A stretch of DNA of 62,488 nucleotides, filler included, from Chiloscyllium plagiosum (Eukaryota), in assembly GCF_004010195.1 (NCBI RefSeq). It is 3 parts of one record of this genome, joined end to end, with 100 filler letters (N's around TTAATTAATTAA, not from the genome) between each part and the next. Parts side by side here need not be neighbours in the genome. Positions count along the whole stretch, not along the records: positions 20,185 to 42,063 come from NC_057713.1; 2 more parts are not named here. One strand, written 5' to 3'. The notes under the pieces are model-generated. The model was given only the letters and a program-made list of their open reading frames with translations, did no database searches and was not told where the DNA came from. Positions 24,004 to 37,730 of this stretch are shown in pieces. The position numbers were made by a program, and so were the translations under genes. Every line of letters starts with the position of its first letter. Position 1 is the stretch's first letter.

Positions 24004-27000
24004 TACATGGTATTCTAGTTTGAATAGTTTCCTTCCCTCAATCATCCTTTCTCTATCCCCTGCCCAGAGCCTGTTTAATTAATAAACCACTGGTGAGCCA
24101 ATCAGAAGAAGCACTTGCCTTGCATATTATGATAATTGATTACACGATAGCAGCAGGTACAATTTATATTAACAGACATAATTCCTAAGGACTCTTCAGC
24201 ACTATGCAAGATACATCTGCTCTCTTTGGATAGTTGTTAACTGAGTTAACTCAAAGACAGTGTGGTGTCATCAAATTGGGTGGAGCTTGATGCAACAAGA
24301 ACATTAACTCTTCCAGAACCGTTACCTTCTATAACAAACAACAGTATTGATGTCAACTGTGTTTCTCGCTCCACAGATACTACCAGACGTGTTGAGTTTC
24401 TTTCTGTTTTTGTTAAAGAACAGTGTTAGATTGGAGAAGAAAGAGATGTAAGTCAGTCAGACTCTGAAACATATTCCATTGTCTCTAGTGGAAATGAAGA
24501 AGCCTCAGTGGGTGGTGCTTGAGGTGAATGGGGTGATAGTGAGACCGTGGTAATGTCACTGGATGAGCAAACCAAAGCCTCAGGTCAATGTTCTGGGGAA
24601 GTAGGTTCAAATCCAACATTGGTAGATAGTGAAATCTGAACTTGATAAAAAATCTGGCCGAATGGAGACCATTGGTGTAAAAACCCATCTGGTTCACTTG
24701 TTCCCTGTAGGGAACAAAATCTGTTGTCCTTATCTTATCTGGCCTATATGTGACTCAAGGTGGTTGACCTGGGCAATTAGGGCTGGGCAATAGGCAGCGA
24801 CACCATGAACACTTTTGTTTTAATTGCTACTGTTGCCAGGTGATTTCTCTGAAAGTAGTTACATCGAAACAGCAGAAATATCAAGAGGACAAGGGCAGCA
24901 AGTACATGGGAGAACCAGAAACTGCAAGCATCTGGGCAGAGATTTCTCATTGCTGGAAATGCATGATTCTGCCACATTTCTCACCATTGCCCATGTCATT
25001 CAGGCCCCTTTTATAATTCCATCCCTTGCATCATTTCTGATGTGTGCAGAACAAAAAGCCTGGCAGCATGTCTGCTTTCTCAGCAAACTGTCTGGTAAAG
25101 AATCCAACTTTTTGGCTGAATTGCTGTTACAATAAAATGTTTAAGTAGCCTATCCATGAATGATTTAAGTAATATTTAACTTAATCCCTGAGTGACAACG
25201 ACAGAGTTAGTGACTTCAACTTGCCCCACTTAGGGAGTGAAGTATCATCACCAAGACCCTTTACAATTATTTTATTGCCAGAGATTTGTGAGTGAATCTG
25301 AAATGTCTACATGCATACTCCATGTTCTTCATGTATCTTAGACCATAGGAAATGGAGGAGGCTTCTCGGCCCATCAAGCCTGCTCCACCGTTCAACAGGA
25401 ACATGGCACACCTGACGTTCTTCCTTGCCCTTTCCCAGTAACCTTTGATTCTCCAAATAATCAGGAATCTATCTAACTCAGCCTTAAATATACACAAGGG
25501 CTGTCTGTAGCAAGGACTTCAAGAGACTCAGAAACCTCTGAAAAGAAATTCTTCCTCATCTCAGTCTTAAGAGAGACATCCAAATAAACATTGGCCCCTT
25601 AGAAAATGAATTTGAGGAAATAGTTATGGGTAACAAGGAAATGACAGAATTAAACAGATATATTGCATCTTTCAGTCGGGGAGGAATTAAGTACCATCGC
25701 CATCACTAGAGAAGTTGCATTAGAATGGGGCGACAAATACATAAATCCCCTGACACTGATGGCTTACATTCAAAGATCCTAAAAGAGGTAGTGGATGCAT
25801 TGATAGTAATTTTCCAAAAACAATTAGATTCTGAAGAAGAACTGAAAAACTGTTTAAAAATCCACATTCAAAAAGGATGAAAACCAAAATCAATGATTAA
25901 AGTTGTAATAGGACATTTAGCAAATGTGTTGCCTTTTCTCTTGTATCACACTCTCCAAAAATCAGATTCCTATTGACAGAGATGTCTTGAAGTTTACGAA
26001 GAACATTAAATATTAATGTTGCTAAAATAACACAAACTTACACATCATTTGAGTATTATATTCATTTATGCTCCTGTATATTGCATACATAAAATTGGCT
26101 GATCAAAATACACACAGTGGCTTTATTACCCTGAGAGAATTACTAAAGACAGGGTATTTTATATTGGATCATCTCATGTCATGTTGTCATCTATCAATCT
26201 TGTCTGTAACCTACTCAACAGCGCAACAGTTTTTACTGAAATTATACAGGGCATTGGTGACTCTACATATTTGAAAAATGATTTAATTTCTTCCGAAACA
26301 GATCAGAGATGGTCATTCAACTCATTCCTAAGATGAAAGGATTATCTTATGAAGAGTAAAGGAAGATGATGTAATTGAAATATCTTTTGCACATTAAAAA
26401 TAGAAAATGCTGGAGAAACTCAGCACCTCCTGCAGAGATGTCCTGGAGCTGAGATGATTGACCTCCAGCAACCACCACTATCTTCCAATGTGCCAGGTGT
26501 GACTCCAACTAGCTAGGTGGAACCTCAACATTCCTGATCCTCCAAATGTTGTACGGTTACACTCAAAGTATGACAGTGGCTTCTTCTGGGAGCCTTTTCC
26601 AATGAGTCTCTGTCAAAATTCCTCAGATACATATAGCAGAAAGCACCAGTAATGCCCTCCCACCTCATTTGTATATGACTGAACCACCGCACTACCTCAC
26701 CCACCCACATTGTTTGTGATGTGTTTGTGATATCTGTACATCTGCTAATTATTATTATTCATTCCAAGCTTGCAAAAGCATCAAGATGACCTATCAAAAG
26801 TGTAAAGAACATTTGTCAAAAGATCTCTCAAAGGGAGTCTTCCAGCTACCAAGGTATTAAAACATTTTCTCTTTCAACATTTGAATAAATGTCCGGAATA
26901 TTCAAAACATGATTGTTTGCTATTTCATTCTGTCTGTCATTATAAGTCCTTGACTTTCAATTACTGAATTATCGTTTTGTGACTGATGTCTCAACCATCC

Positions 27001-28257
27001 ATTATCACAATGGGTGCATTCCATTCCATTGTTTGCTTAAAGGTACTGAGTGGTTACTGAGTCTTTGATGTGGGACAATAAATTCTCAAGTTTGTGATTC
27101 TAAGGGATAGATTGTATGTGTTGTAGAGATTATTCGTTTGAAAAAAATTTAATGTAACAAATGGACCCATTTGAATCCAGAAGGTTTTTTTCAAAGAGGT
27201 AAAGTTTACAATACACACTTAGAACTTTATTAATAGACACTTACTCTATCTCAATTTTTGCACAAGTCCTGAGGTTTCCCAATGTTCGGTATTAGGTGCA
27301 TTGGCATGGTGGATGTAAGGGCAAAGAGCAGTGGGTGGGGGTATGGGTTAGCATGAGTTGACATAAAGTGTATAAAGGGCCATAACTGGCAGTGGTCAGA
27401 GAATGGCATGAAGGGTGATAGAGAGTATGTAGAGAGGTTGACATGAGGTTGGCATGGTTTTGCATAGATGACACATAAGGAGTGCATTGGTGAAGTGGGA
27501 GTGTGAGATGTGGTGGCTACAGGGATGTCACATTTTGTTTCTTTCATAAATTTAAATCTTGAAACAATGACAGCTCACTGAGCTAGTCTTTCTGCATGAC
27601 CTCCCTCCATTCGAGAAGATTCCTTTCTCCGTGCTGGGGGTGAGGAACCTGGGAAATACTGTATCCACCCCCACCCCCACCCCATCCCCTCACCTCCACA
27701 CACCCCCAATCCTGACCATCCCATCCCTGGCAAGTGAAAACCCAACCCAGAGCAAACTGTGGTTATTGTGTACAGCGTCTCCAGTTTGAAATATGGGAAT
27801 ATTGATCCAGGGAGGCAGCAGGACATCCCTTTCTTGTTAAAGTGCAAAGACAGTAAACAGACCCTCAGCTTTGACCTTGACCAGGGCTTTTACTGGTACC
27901 TGATGAAAATGAATAGGAAGAATATTGCCTCAGGTTAAAAGTGCTATTGACCTAACTGTCTAGTCCTAAATGCAGCCTACTGTGTTAACAATCAATGGAT
28001 ATAAATTCAGACTTGCAATTTTATATTGATTAAGGTCAACTAACTTTGCATTTCTTGAATTTTGAACTGTATGTTACTCAGTTTATTGATGCTCTTCACA
28101 ATCTAGTCATGGCAACTTAGACTCAATGGTCATGATGTGAATAGTGGGGCACAGATGGGATAGTGTGGGGTCACCTCCTGCTCAGCCAATCTGACAGCAT
28201 TGTGGGGAAATTGGCAGAGGGAGTTCACAACAAAGGGCCCATTGGTCAGTGGCCAGC

Positions 28258-28613
28258 ACCCACACAGTGGCTCAGGGGTTAGCACTGCTGCCTCACAGCA
28301 CCAACGACCTGGATTTGATTCCACCCTCAGGTGACTGCCTGAAGGGAATTTGCACATTGTCCCAATATCAGTGTGAGTTTCCTCTGGGTGCTCCAGTTTC
28401 CTCCCACAGTCCAATGATATGCAGGTTAGGCAGATTTGCCATGCCAAATTGCTGATAGCATCTAGGGATGTGCAGGCTGGGTGGATTAGCCATGGGAAAT
28501 GAGGGCTATAGGATAGTGTGGGGTTGGGTCTGAGTGGGATGCTCTTCAGAGGGTCGGTGTGGACTCGATGAGCTGGATGGCCTTCTTCCACACTGTCGGG
28601 ATTGTATGATTCT
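28258..28613 (+). mobile_element. HE1-type V-SINE
   Basis: tRNA-like head, V-domain and CACACTGT.GGGATT.TATGATTCT tail. Confidence 0.85.
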
Positions 28614-29160
28614 GCTCCACGTTTACAATGGGTGGTGGTGAGGACTCCATTGACCAAGGGTGGGACTGGATGTCAGATGTGCAGAGTGGTCCAGGCTGAC
28701 ATTGGGGCTTGTGCATGCTGAAGGAAAACGTGATGGAAAGACGAGGGGTGAAAGGTCAGCTGAGGAATCAGGGATATGGAGTAATCTGATTATCCACAAT
28801 TCTATTGAATGATAGAGCAAGCTTGAGGAGCCCAGTAACCTATTGCTGATCCTTGCTTGCATTTTTAAAAGTATCTTCTAAAAGTTGTAAAAAATAAGAA
28901 GTAAAGAGGAAGAAAATATACTTTAAAGGTAAACTTGCAAGTAAAATCAAGATTGACAGCAAGAGCCTCTTTAAATATATAAACAAGAAGAAAGGCCAAA
29001 GCAAACATAACCCCCTCCCTTACAGAATCAGCCTGGGGAACCCGGAAATGGCAACGGTGTTTAGTAAATACTTTGCATCAGTCTTCATGGTAGAAGAAAT
29101 TAATAGCATTCCAAAAATACTAAATAAACAAGGGGCAAAAAATGGGAACTGAGAAAAAAA

Positions 29161-29340
29161 GAGCTGAAAATGTGTTGCTGGAAAAGTGCAGCAGGTCAGG
29201 CAGCATCCAAGGAACAGAAGAATCGACTTATGCCCGAAACGTCGATTCTCCTGCTCCTTGGATGCTGCCTGACCTGCTGCGCTTTTCCAGCAACACATTT
29301 TCAGCTCTGATCTCCAGCATCTGCAGCCCTCACTTTCTCC
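29161..29340. mobile_element. Partially palindromic Penelope-derived insert, TSD ACTGAGAAAAAA
   Basis: Inverted arms; TSD near 29148-29160 and 29341-29352. Confidence 0.8.
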
Positions 29341-30511
29341 ACTGAGAAAAAAGAACCTAGAACCCAAGGGCACAGCCTGAGAGCAAAAGGAAGAGCTTTT
29401 AGATGGAAATAAGGAGAGACTTCTTCAGCCAGAGAGTGGTGAATCTATGGAATTCAATGGCACAGAAGGCTGTGGAGGCCAGGTTATTGAGTATATTTAA
29501 GACTCAGATAGATAGGTGCTTGAGTGTCAAGGGGAGCATGGGTTACAGGGAGGAAGCGGGAGAATGGGGTTGAGAAACCTATCAGCCATGATAGAATGGC
29601 GGAGCAGACTCAATGGGCTAAGTGGCCTAACTTCTGCTCCTATGTTTTATGGTCTTATGGTTTATAGCTACCACTAGAGAGAAAGTCATAGTGAAATTAA
29701 TGAGACTAAAAATAGAATACAGAACAAACTGCACAGGAGTGAGCCATTTGAACCACGATGTTGTGCTGAACATGACACCAAATTAAACTAATCCCTTCTG
29801 CCTGCCCTTGGTACATATTCCTCCATTCCTTGCCTATGTGCTTATCTAAAAGCCCCTTAAATGCCCCTACTGTATCTGCCTCCACCACCACCACCACTAC
29901 ACAGTTCATTCCAGACTCCTACTCTGTGTAAAAATAAGTGCCCCTCACATTTCCTTTGAACTTGCCCCCTCTCCCTTTAAATGCAATCCCCCTAGTATTT
30001 GACATTTCAACTCTGGTAAAAAGATTCTGACCATCAACCAGTGAAACACTGCTAAGTCCCCTGGACCTGATGGGATGCATTCTTGCATATAAAACGACCA
30101 ACCTGCAGAGATAGTGGATGCACTGGTAGTAATCTTCCCAGAATCCTTAGAGTCTTGAAAAGTGCTGGAGGATTGAGAATCACCAATGCAACACGGTTAC
30201 ATACAAAGGGAGGGAGACAAAAATAACAAGTATAGGCCAGTTAGCTTAGCATCTATCATTGGGAAAATATATCTATTAGAATCTATTATAAAGGATGAAA
30301 TAACTGAATATTTAGAAATACAATATAAAATCAAACAAAGATAGCATGGCTTCATGAAGGAGAAATCATAAAGTCTATGAGCAGGTGGCAATCAGGATAG
30401 ATAAAGGAGAGGCAGTAGATGTAAGATATTTGGATTTCCATAGGTATTTAGTAAGGTATGACCAGTTAGGCTACTTCATAAGATAAAGCTCCCGGACATG
30501 AATAGAGAATT

Positions 30512-30707
30512 AGGAGAAAGTGAGGACTGCAGATGCTGGAGACCAGAGTTGAAAAATGTGGTGCTGGAAAAACACAGCAGGCCAGGCAGCATCCGAGGAC
30601 CAGGAGAATTGACGTTTCGGGCATAAGCCCGAAGAAGGGCTTATACCCGAAACGTCGATTCTCTTGCTCCTTGGATGCTGCCTGGCCTGCTGTGTTTTTC
30701 CAGCACC
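30512..30707. mobile_element. Palindromic Penelope-derived insert, 16-bp TSD ACATGAATAGAGAATT, inside a CR1 RT fragment
   Basis: TSD at 30496-30511 and 30708-30723; host LINE fragment about 30050-31080. Confidence 0.85.
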
Positions 30708-32949
30708 ACATGAATAGAGAATTGGCTAACTAATAGAAGGCAGAGAGTTGGAATAATGGGGCATTTTCAGGGTGGAACTAGTGGTGTACCACATGGATCA
30801 GTGCTGGTATTACTTATTTATAATATATGTAAATGACTTGAATGAGGGAAATGAATGTACATTCGTAAAGTTTTCAGATGACACAAAAATAGAACAGACT
30901 GCAAGTGCTGAGGATGACACAAAGAGTCTGAAGGAGGAAATAGATAGGTTAAGCAAGTGAACAAAAACTTGGCAGATGGAATATAATGTGGTAAAAGGTG
31001 AGTTTCTGCACTTTTGGAGGAAGAATAGAGGAGCTGAATATTATTTATAGGGAGAAAGAATGTAGAATGCTACAGTGGCAGAGGCAGCAGCAGTTGTCTT
31101 GGATCAGAACAGCAAGGGCGTTATCACCAGCATCCTGACCAATAACTAATGCATCAACCAACATCATTCACAAGGGATTGGCTGGTCGTGGCACTTGGGG
31201 CATTACTCCCTACCAATGCTCACCAATATTTCCAATGTGAGTGCCCGCAAATCAAAAACAAGGTGTTTGGGATTAGCTGAGGTCCCAAAAGACACCTAAA
31301 TCATTATTATTTTTCATCTATATAGAAAAGTGAGCACAGATTGTTCAAAGCAAACTGTGACTGATGTAAGGAGGTGATGGTATAGTGAGGAGTGCTCCAG
31401 CAGTTAGCTTAATATTCCATATACAGACGTTCAAATCCTACCGGGGCAGGTAGTGGAACTTGAATTCAGCAAATATACTTGAAAAATAAAAGGTGTACGA
31501 GCAAAGAGAGAGAGAGACTAGATAAATAGATCTTTCAAAACTTAGTATAGATGGGTTGAATGGCCTCCTGCTGCACAGTGTGATATTTTGGTCTCAGGAA
31601 TACATATTGATTGTGAGGAGATTGACGACTCGCAAAGACCCTAAGGACTTGAGTAAAAGATGTGTTTTTCTTTGACAATCCAGTCGCTTCATCATCCCTA
31701 TTAATGAGACAAGCATTTTGATCCATTGCATTTAAACCTCTCCCACTGCCATGATGGAGCATGAACTTGTGTTTCAGGAGCATGTATCAAGTTTACTAGG
31801 TCAGTGGCCCAACTATTGGGCTTCTGCCTGTCACCACAGCCTTTAGTGTGGCTCGTGCGCATTTCAGTATAAATCAGGAAGCAGTGAGCTGCAAAGGCTC
31901 TCCTCACTTCAGATCAAATCAGAGAGCGCAGAGAAGTATGTTTTAGTATGTTACTTGATAGCGAGGCAAGTAATGGCAGTCTATGAACAAGAATAATTAT
32001 TCTGCATTGGATATGGACGGGAACCATTCAAATCTTTTTGATTTTTTTTGTCCTGATATGAATGTACTGTCCTCCAATTTCTCTACAAACGTAATTGAAT
32101 TCAATCTGTTCAGCTTTAATTTGCTTACACAAAAGGTCAGTCCTTACATCAAACTTTGATAGGCCTTGATAGTGCTATTCAGATGATGAAAAGCAGGTTC
32201 CAAAGCCTCTTCAATCATTATATGATACACAGCCAAGAGACAGCTTGTTTTTTTTTGCTTTTCGCATATTCCATGTCACGTGACTTTCAAAACCCCATCG
32301 CATAATGAATTTATTCTTCTGCTTATGGAACAATGCCACATCAGTCGCATTTCTCTGCCTCCATTTACTTTTTCAGGTTTGTGGTTATAAGTTAGCCAGC
32401 TTTAACCAGAAACTGCAGCCATTCCATTAGACTCTCACTTATGTTCAGGCAAAAGACAGACGAAGAAGCAGAAATCCCAAAGTGGCATAGGTAATCTCCA
32501 TTGAGAGTCAAACCAAGTAAGGATGGCAAATTTCTTTCCCTAGTTTATATGAATGAACAAGATGCGTATGATTTACAATATTAGGTACGTGGTCACCTTT
32601 TAACTGCAAACATTTACTGAATGCAAATTTCACCATCTACTATCACGGGATTTGTACTCACAACAGAAGGCCATTATCCTGGGTTCCTGGATTATTAGTC
32701 TAGTCAAACTACCCCAATGCCACTGTTTCCCCTCTCTCCACCCACCAATGTTGATTCTCTTGTCTATCAACACATTATCCAACAACCTTGACTAGCTTAA
32801 AAGGCCAGCTTTCAGTACCTTCTGAGGAATGAGAATTCCACCCTGTATTAACCCTCTGTGAAAATAAAATGATTTCTCATCTCCAGTTTCAAAGAAGACC
32901 TCTGATTCAGCAATAAATAGGTGAGAGATTTGGACATAATGCTGCGAGA

Positions 32950-33920
32950 ATTTGGGAGAAAAAGCAGCAAGTGGTCCAGAGATAAACGAGTGACTATTCA
33001 GGAGAATAAAGTGGTAAGCAGTCAGGAGATAAAACAGTATTTATGGGATAAAGCAGTGAGCTTTCAGGAGACAAAGCAGCAAGCGTTCACTGGAAAAAGC
33101 AGTGAATAATCAGGGGATAAGGCAGTGAGTATTCAGGGGATAAAGCAGTGAGTACTCAGGATATAAAGTAGTGAGTATTCAGGAGATAAAGCAGTGAGTA
33201 TTCAGGAGATAAAGCGTAAGTATTCAGGAGATAAAGCAGTGAGTATTCGGGGATAAAAGAGTGAGTATTCAGGGGATAAAGCAGCGAGTATTCAGGAGAT
33301 AAGCAGTGAATATTCAGGGATTAAAGCAGTGACTATTCAGGGGATAAAGCAGTAAGTATTCAGGAGATAAAGCAGTGAATATTCAAAGATAAAGCAGTGA
33401 GTATTCAGGGATAAAGCAGTGAGTATTCAGGGATAAAGCAGTGAATATTCAGGGATTAAAGCAGTGAGTATTCAGGGATTAAAGCAGTGAGTATTTCAGA
33501 GATAAAGCAGTGAGTATTCAGGAGATAAAGCAGTGAGTATTCAGGGACAAAAGAGTGAGTATTCAGGGATAAAGCAGTGAGTATTCAGGGATAAAGCAGT
33601 GAGTATTCAGGAGATAAAGCAGTGAGTATTCAGGAGATAAAGCAGTGAGTATTCAGGGGATAAAGGAGTGAGTATTCAGGAGATTAAGCAATGAGTATTC
33701 AGGAGATAGAGCAGTGAGTATTCAGGGATTAAAGCAGTGAATATTCAGAGATAAAGCAGTGAGTATTCAGGATAAAGCAGTGAATATTCAGGGATTAAAG
33801 CAGTGAGTTTTCAGGGATAAAGCAGTGAGTATTTCAGAGATAAAGCAATGAGTCTTCAATGGATAAAACAGTGACTATTCTGGGGATAAAGTAGTGATTA
33901 TTCAGGAGATAAAGCAAGTG
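32950..33920. repeat. Minisatellite, 22-23-bp unit GCAGTGAGTATTCAGG(A)GATAAA, roughly 35-40 copies, degenerate continuation to about 34430
   Basis: Direct tandem units visible throughout; no unique spacers. Confidence 0.95.
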
Positions 33921-36879
33921 TTTGGGAGCTAAATCATCAGCAAATGTCTAGAAGACATGACATAAATATTTCCAGGGCTAAACATGTGAGACTTTAAGGG
34001 ATAAAGTAGCTCGACATAAGGAGATATAGCATCGAGAGTTAAGTGAATAAATCAATGTGCTTTCAAGAGATAATACAGTGAGAGTCTGGTAATTAAAGTA
34101 GTGGGTATTCAAGAGATAAAACAGCAAGTGTTTGTCAGCTCAAGCATCAGTAAATATTCAAAAGATAAAACAGAAATATTTACAGGAAGTAACTTGTGAG
34201 AATTTAGGGGATAAAGCAACAAGGTGTAAGGATATTTAGCAGCACGATGTAAGAATATATAACAGCAAGACATAAGGAGATGTAGCAACAAGACGTAAGG
34301 AGATATAACATGAAGAGTTAAGGGAATAAATCAGTGTGTGTTCAGGAAATAATCCAATGAGAATCTGGCAATAAAAGCAGTCAGTATTTGGGAGATAAAA
34401 CAGCAAGCTTTCAAGAGATAAAGGTATGAGTTGATTTAAGAAGTTAAGTTTCTGGAAACAATTAATTAAAAATTAGAGCAATGAGAAAGGGCTAATCAAT
34501 AATTTCTTTAAAATGAGACTTTCGAGAAAGTTTAACATGATAAGGTAGACTTTTACATCGTCTTTAATCTAAACCAAGGAAGCCATAAAGATATGAGACA
34601 AATTGTGGTAGATTAGGGAAATGACTTTAAAAGGTGGGCAGTGGACAGTTGATATCTTACATTTTAAAAATTAATACTTAGTTTAGAAGTAAATGTAAAT
34701 TCAATTGAATCATATAAACTCAATGGGGAAAGTGATCTAAATGTAGCTATGAAGAGGTGTAAAACATTGTCTCAGATTAAAGGGAGAGGTTTATAAAGTT
34801 GCCAAAAAGTAGTCCTGAGGATTGGGAACATTTTGGAATGTAGCAATGGAGGAATAAAACTAAAAAAGAAAGTTTAATATGGAAGTTACATAAATGGGAA
34901 CATAAAAATGGACTGTAAAAGCGTCTATATGTTTTTACAATTGAGGTTGTAAGGTGGCATTGATTGCTTTCTAACCCCGCTCCTCCACTGGTCATAACAA
35001 ACTTTTGTTTTAACCAAGGTGAGGGTATAGCCAATTATACAGCTTTTAGACTGCATCAGTTTAATTCATGAAACAGTTAAGCCACTTTTCTTTAGTCAAC
35101 AAATTTATTACAAGTAACACTTACTTAACACTGCATGCAAATATACTGACAAAAAATTTAAACTTTGCCAAGGTAAATATAATTTCTAATTTAACAATTC
35201 AAAATTAAACCAAGGCAGATATTGCTAACATACCAACATAGCCGATAGACCAAATGAAATAGCAATTGTGTAAGAAAGTGCCCACCAATATCTCAGTAAT
35301 TTCCACTCCCTCTCCAGATAATAATGACACCGCAAGTCACCAAACCTCATTCAAAATTTCACAAAGGATTCCAGTTGTTCACTTCTGATGGTCTTGCCTA
35401 AAGCTCCCTCAAAATTATTTTTACCATTGGCTGTCTCAATCGTTGCTCACATTCCAGCTGTACTATCTTCATTTCCTGGGTCTCCACTCCCTTGGATTCT
35501 GGAAACTACACTTTCTCACAGGAATACCTGTTCACAATGTGCAAGTTTCACCAATTGTTTACAACAAATCTATATTCAGTTGAGTCATATAAACCCAACT
35601 GGAGAACTGATCCAATTGTAGCTATCAGAAATTGGAAAACATTGTATCAGATTAAAGGAAGAGGTTTATAAAGTTGTCAAAAAAGTAGCCCTGAGGATTG
35701 GAAGTATTTTGGAATGTAGTCATGCCTCAGGAAAGCAACCAAAATAATCAAAGACCCCTCCCACCCCAGTTATATTCTCTTCCAACAGGTAAAGATATCA
35801 AAGTTTGAATACGTGTACTAACAGATTCAAGAACAGCTTCTTCCCAACTGTTATCAGAATTTTTAACATACCTCTCAAATGTTAATTCTGATCTCCCTCT
35901 CTCTGTTCCCTCTCTGCATGGTAACACCGTATTCTGCCCTCTGTTCTGCTACCCTGATGTACTTTGTATGGTACGATCTTCTTGTATAGTATGCAAAATA
36001 CCACTTTTCACTGTATCTTGGTACATGTGACAACGGTAAATAAAACTCAAACTTAAACCTACAACCCAGCCTTTGAATAAGTGAAAGTTCACTTCAGGCT
36101 GAAACGGGAAGATTTTTTTCACTCAGAGATTGATGAATCATAGAATTCTATACCCAAGAAAGCTGTGGAAATTCATCACTGAGTCTGTCCAAGATGAAGA
36201 TCAATAAATTTGTGGCTATTAATGACATCAAGTGAAATGAGGTCCGTGAGGGAAAATGGTGTTGAGGTAGAAGATCAGCCATCAACCCTTCAATGCACCA
36301 AATGGCCTATATTCATCGATTGGAATGTCAGGATGCTAGAGACGGTGCAGCCAAAATTCAGGGTGTCTGTTGGCCTTGGGTTACATGGAAAAACAGTAGA
36401 AACTTGGGCTGGCCTCCATTGAGTGGAAGGACAGTTAGGAAAAGATTTGACAGAGCAATTCAAACTCTTAAAGGGTTTTCCATGCATGGATGAGGTGAAC
36501 CAGTTTCTATTTGTGAGGGGATGGGAAATTGCAGGAGACAGATTTAAAGTGATTGGCAAAAGGATCAGAGAAAATGTTTTCTTATACAGTGAGTTGTTAA
36601 AAATATGGGATGCACTGCCTAAAGGGAATGTGGAGGCTGTTTCAATCGAAACTTTCAAAAGGAAATTGCATTTAGACTTGCAAAGGAAACATTTGCAGGG
36701 CTATGATAGAAGAGTAGGCGAGTGCGAGTAATTAGACAACTCTTTTAAATAACTCGTACAAATATAATGAGCCTAACAACCGCCTTCTGTGCTGTGCGAT
36801 ATTATTAGAACGATTATACACATTAAGGTGCTTCATTGAGACATAAGCAAAAATTAATCATAAGAGGACAGAATTTCCA

Positions 36880-37730
36880 TTGGACAAGTGAGTGAGTGGG
36901 CAAATGCGGAGCAGATTAAGTTTAATGTCGATAAATATGAGGTTATCTATTTTGGTATCAGAAACAAGAAGGCAGGTTATTATCTGAAAGGTGATTAGGA
37001 AAAGTGAAGGTGCAATGAGACATGTACACTAATCGCTGAAAGTCAGTCTGAAGGTGCAACAGGCAGTGAAGAAGATGAATGGTATGTTGGCCTTCATAGT
37101 GAGAGGATCAGAGCATAGCAACAGAGATGCCCTGCTGCAATTGTACTGGGTCTTGGCAAGACCACACCTGGAATATTGTGTGCAGTTTTGATCTCATTAT
37201 CTGAGGAAGGATGGTCTGACTATGGAGTCAGTGCAAGCAATGTTTACCCAAACTGATTCCCAGGATAACAGGACTGGTGTACAAAGAGACACTGCATCAG
37301 TTAGGACTATATTCACTGGAGAATGAGGAAGGGATCTCATAGAAACCTATCAAATTCTAACAGGACTGGACAGGGTAAATACAGGAAGGGTGTTCCAAAC
37401 AACCAGGGAGTTTAGAACCAGGGGTCACTGTCTAAGGATAGGGATAAGCCCTATAAGACTAAGATGAGGAAAAATGTCTTCATGCAGAGAGTGGTCAGCC
37501 TGTGGAATCCTCTGCCACAGAAAGCGATTAAGGCTAAAACACTGAGTGATTTCAAGAAGGAGTTCTTGTTAAGGATATATAGGGTTTTTCTTAGATATCG
37601 TTCTTGGGGCAATAGGGTTTGAGGATAAAGAGAGAACAGGTACTGAGTTAGATGATCATCCATGATCATATTGAATGGTGGAGTAGGATTGAAGGGCTGA
37701 TTGGCCTACTTCTGCTCCTGTTCTCGATGT
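36880..37730 (+). mobile_element. Decayed CR1-clade LINE 3' part
   Basis: RPHLEYCVQF, DLIETY.IL.GLDRV, QRVV.LWN.LP remnants and 3' UTR. Confidence 0.8.

Noticed and set aside
32950..33920. Possible CRISPR-like array
   Set aside because: Head-to-tail units with no unique spacers, no cas genes, vertebrate context.
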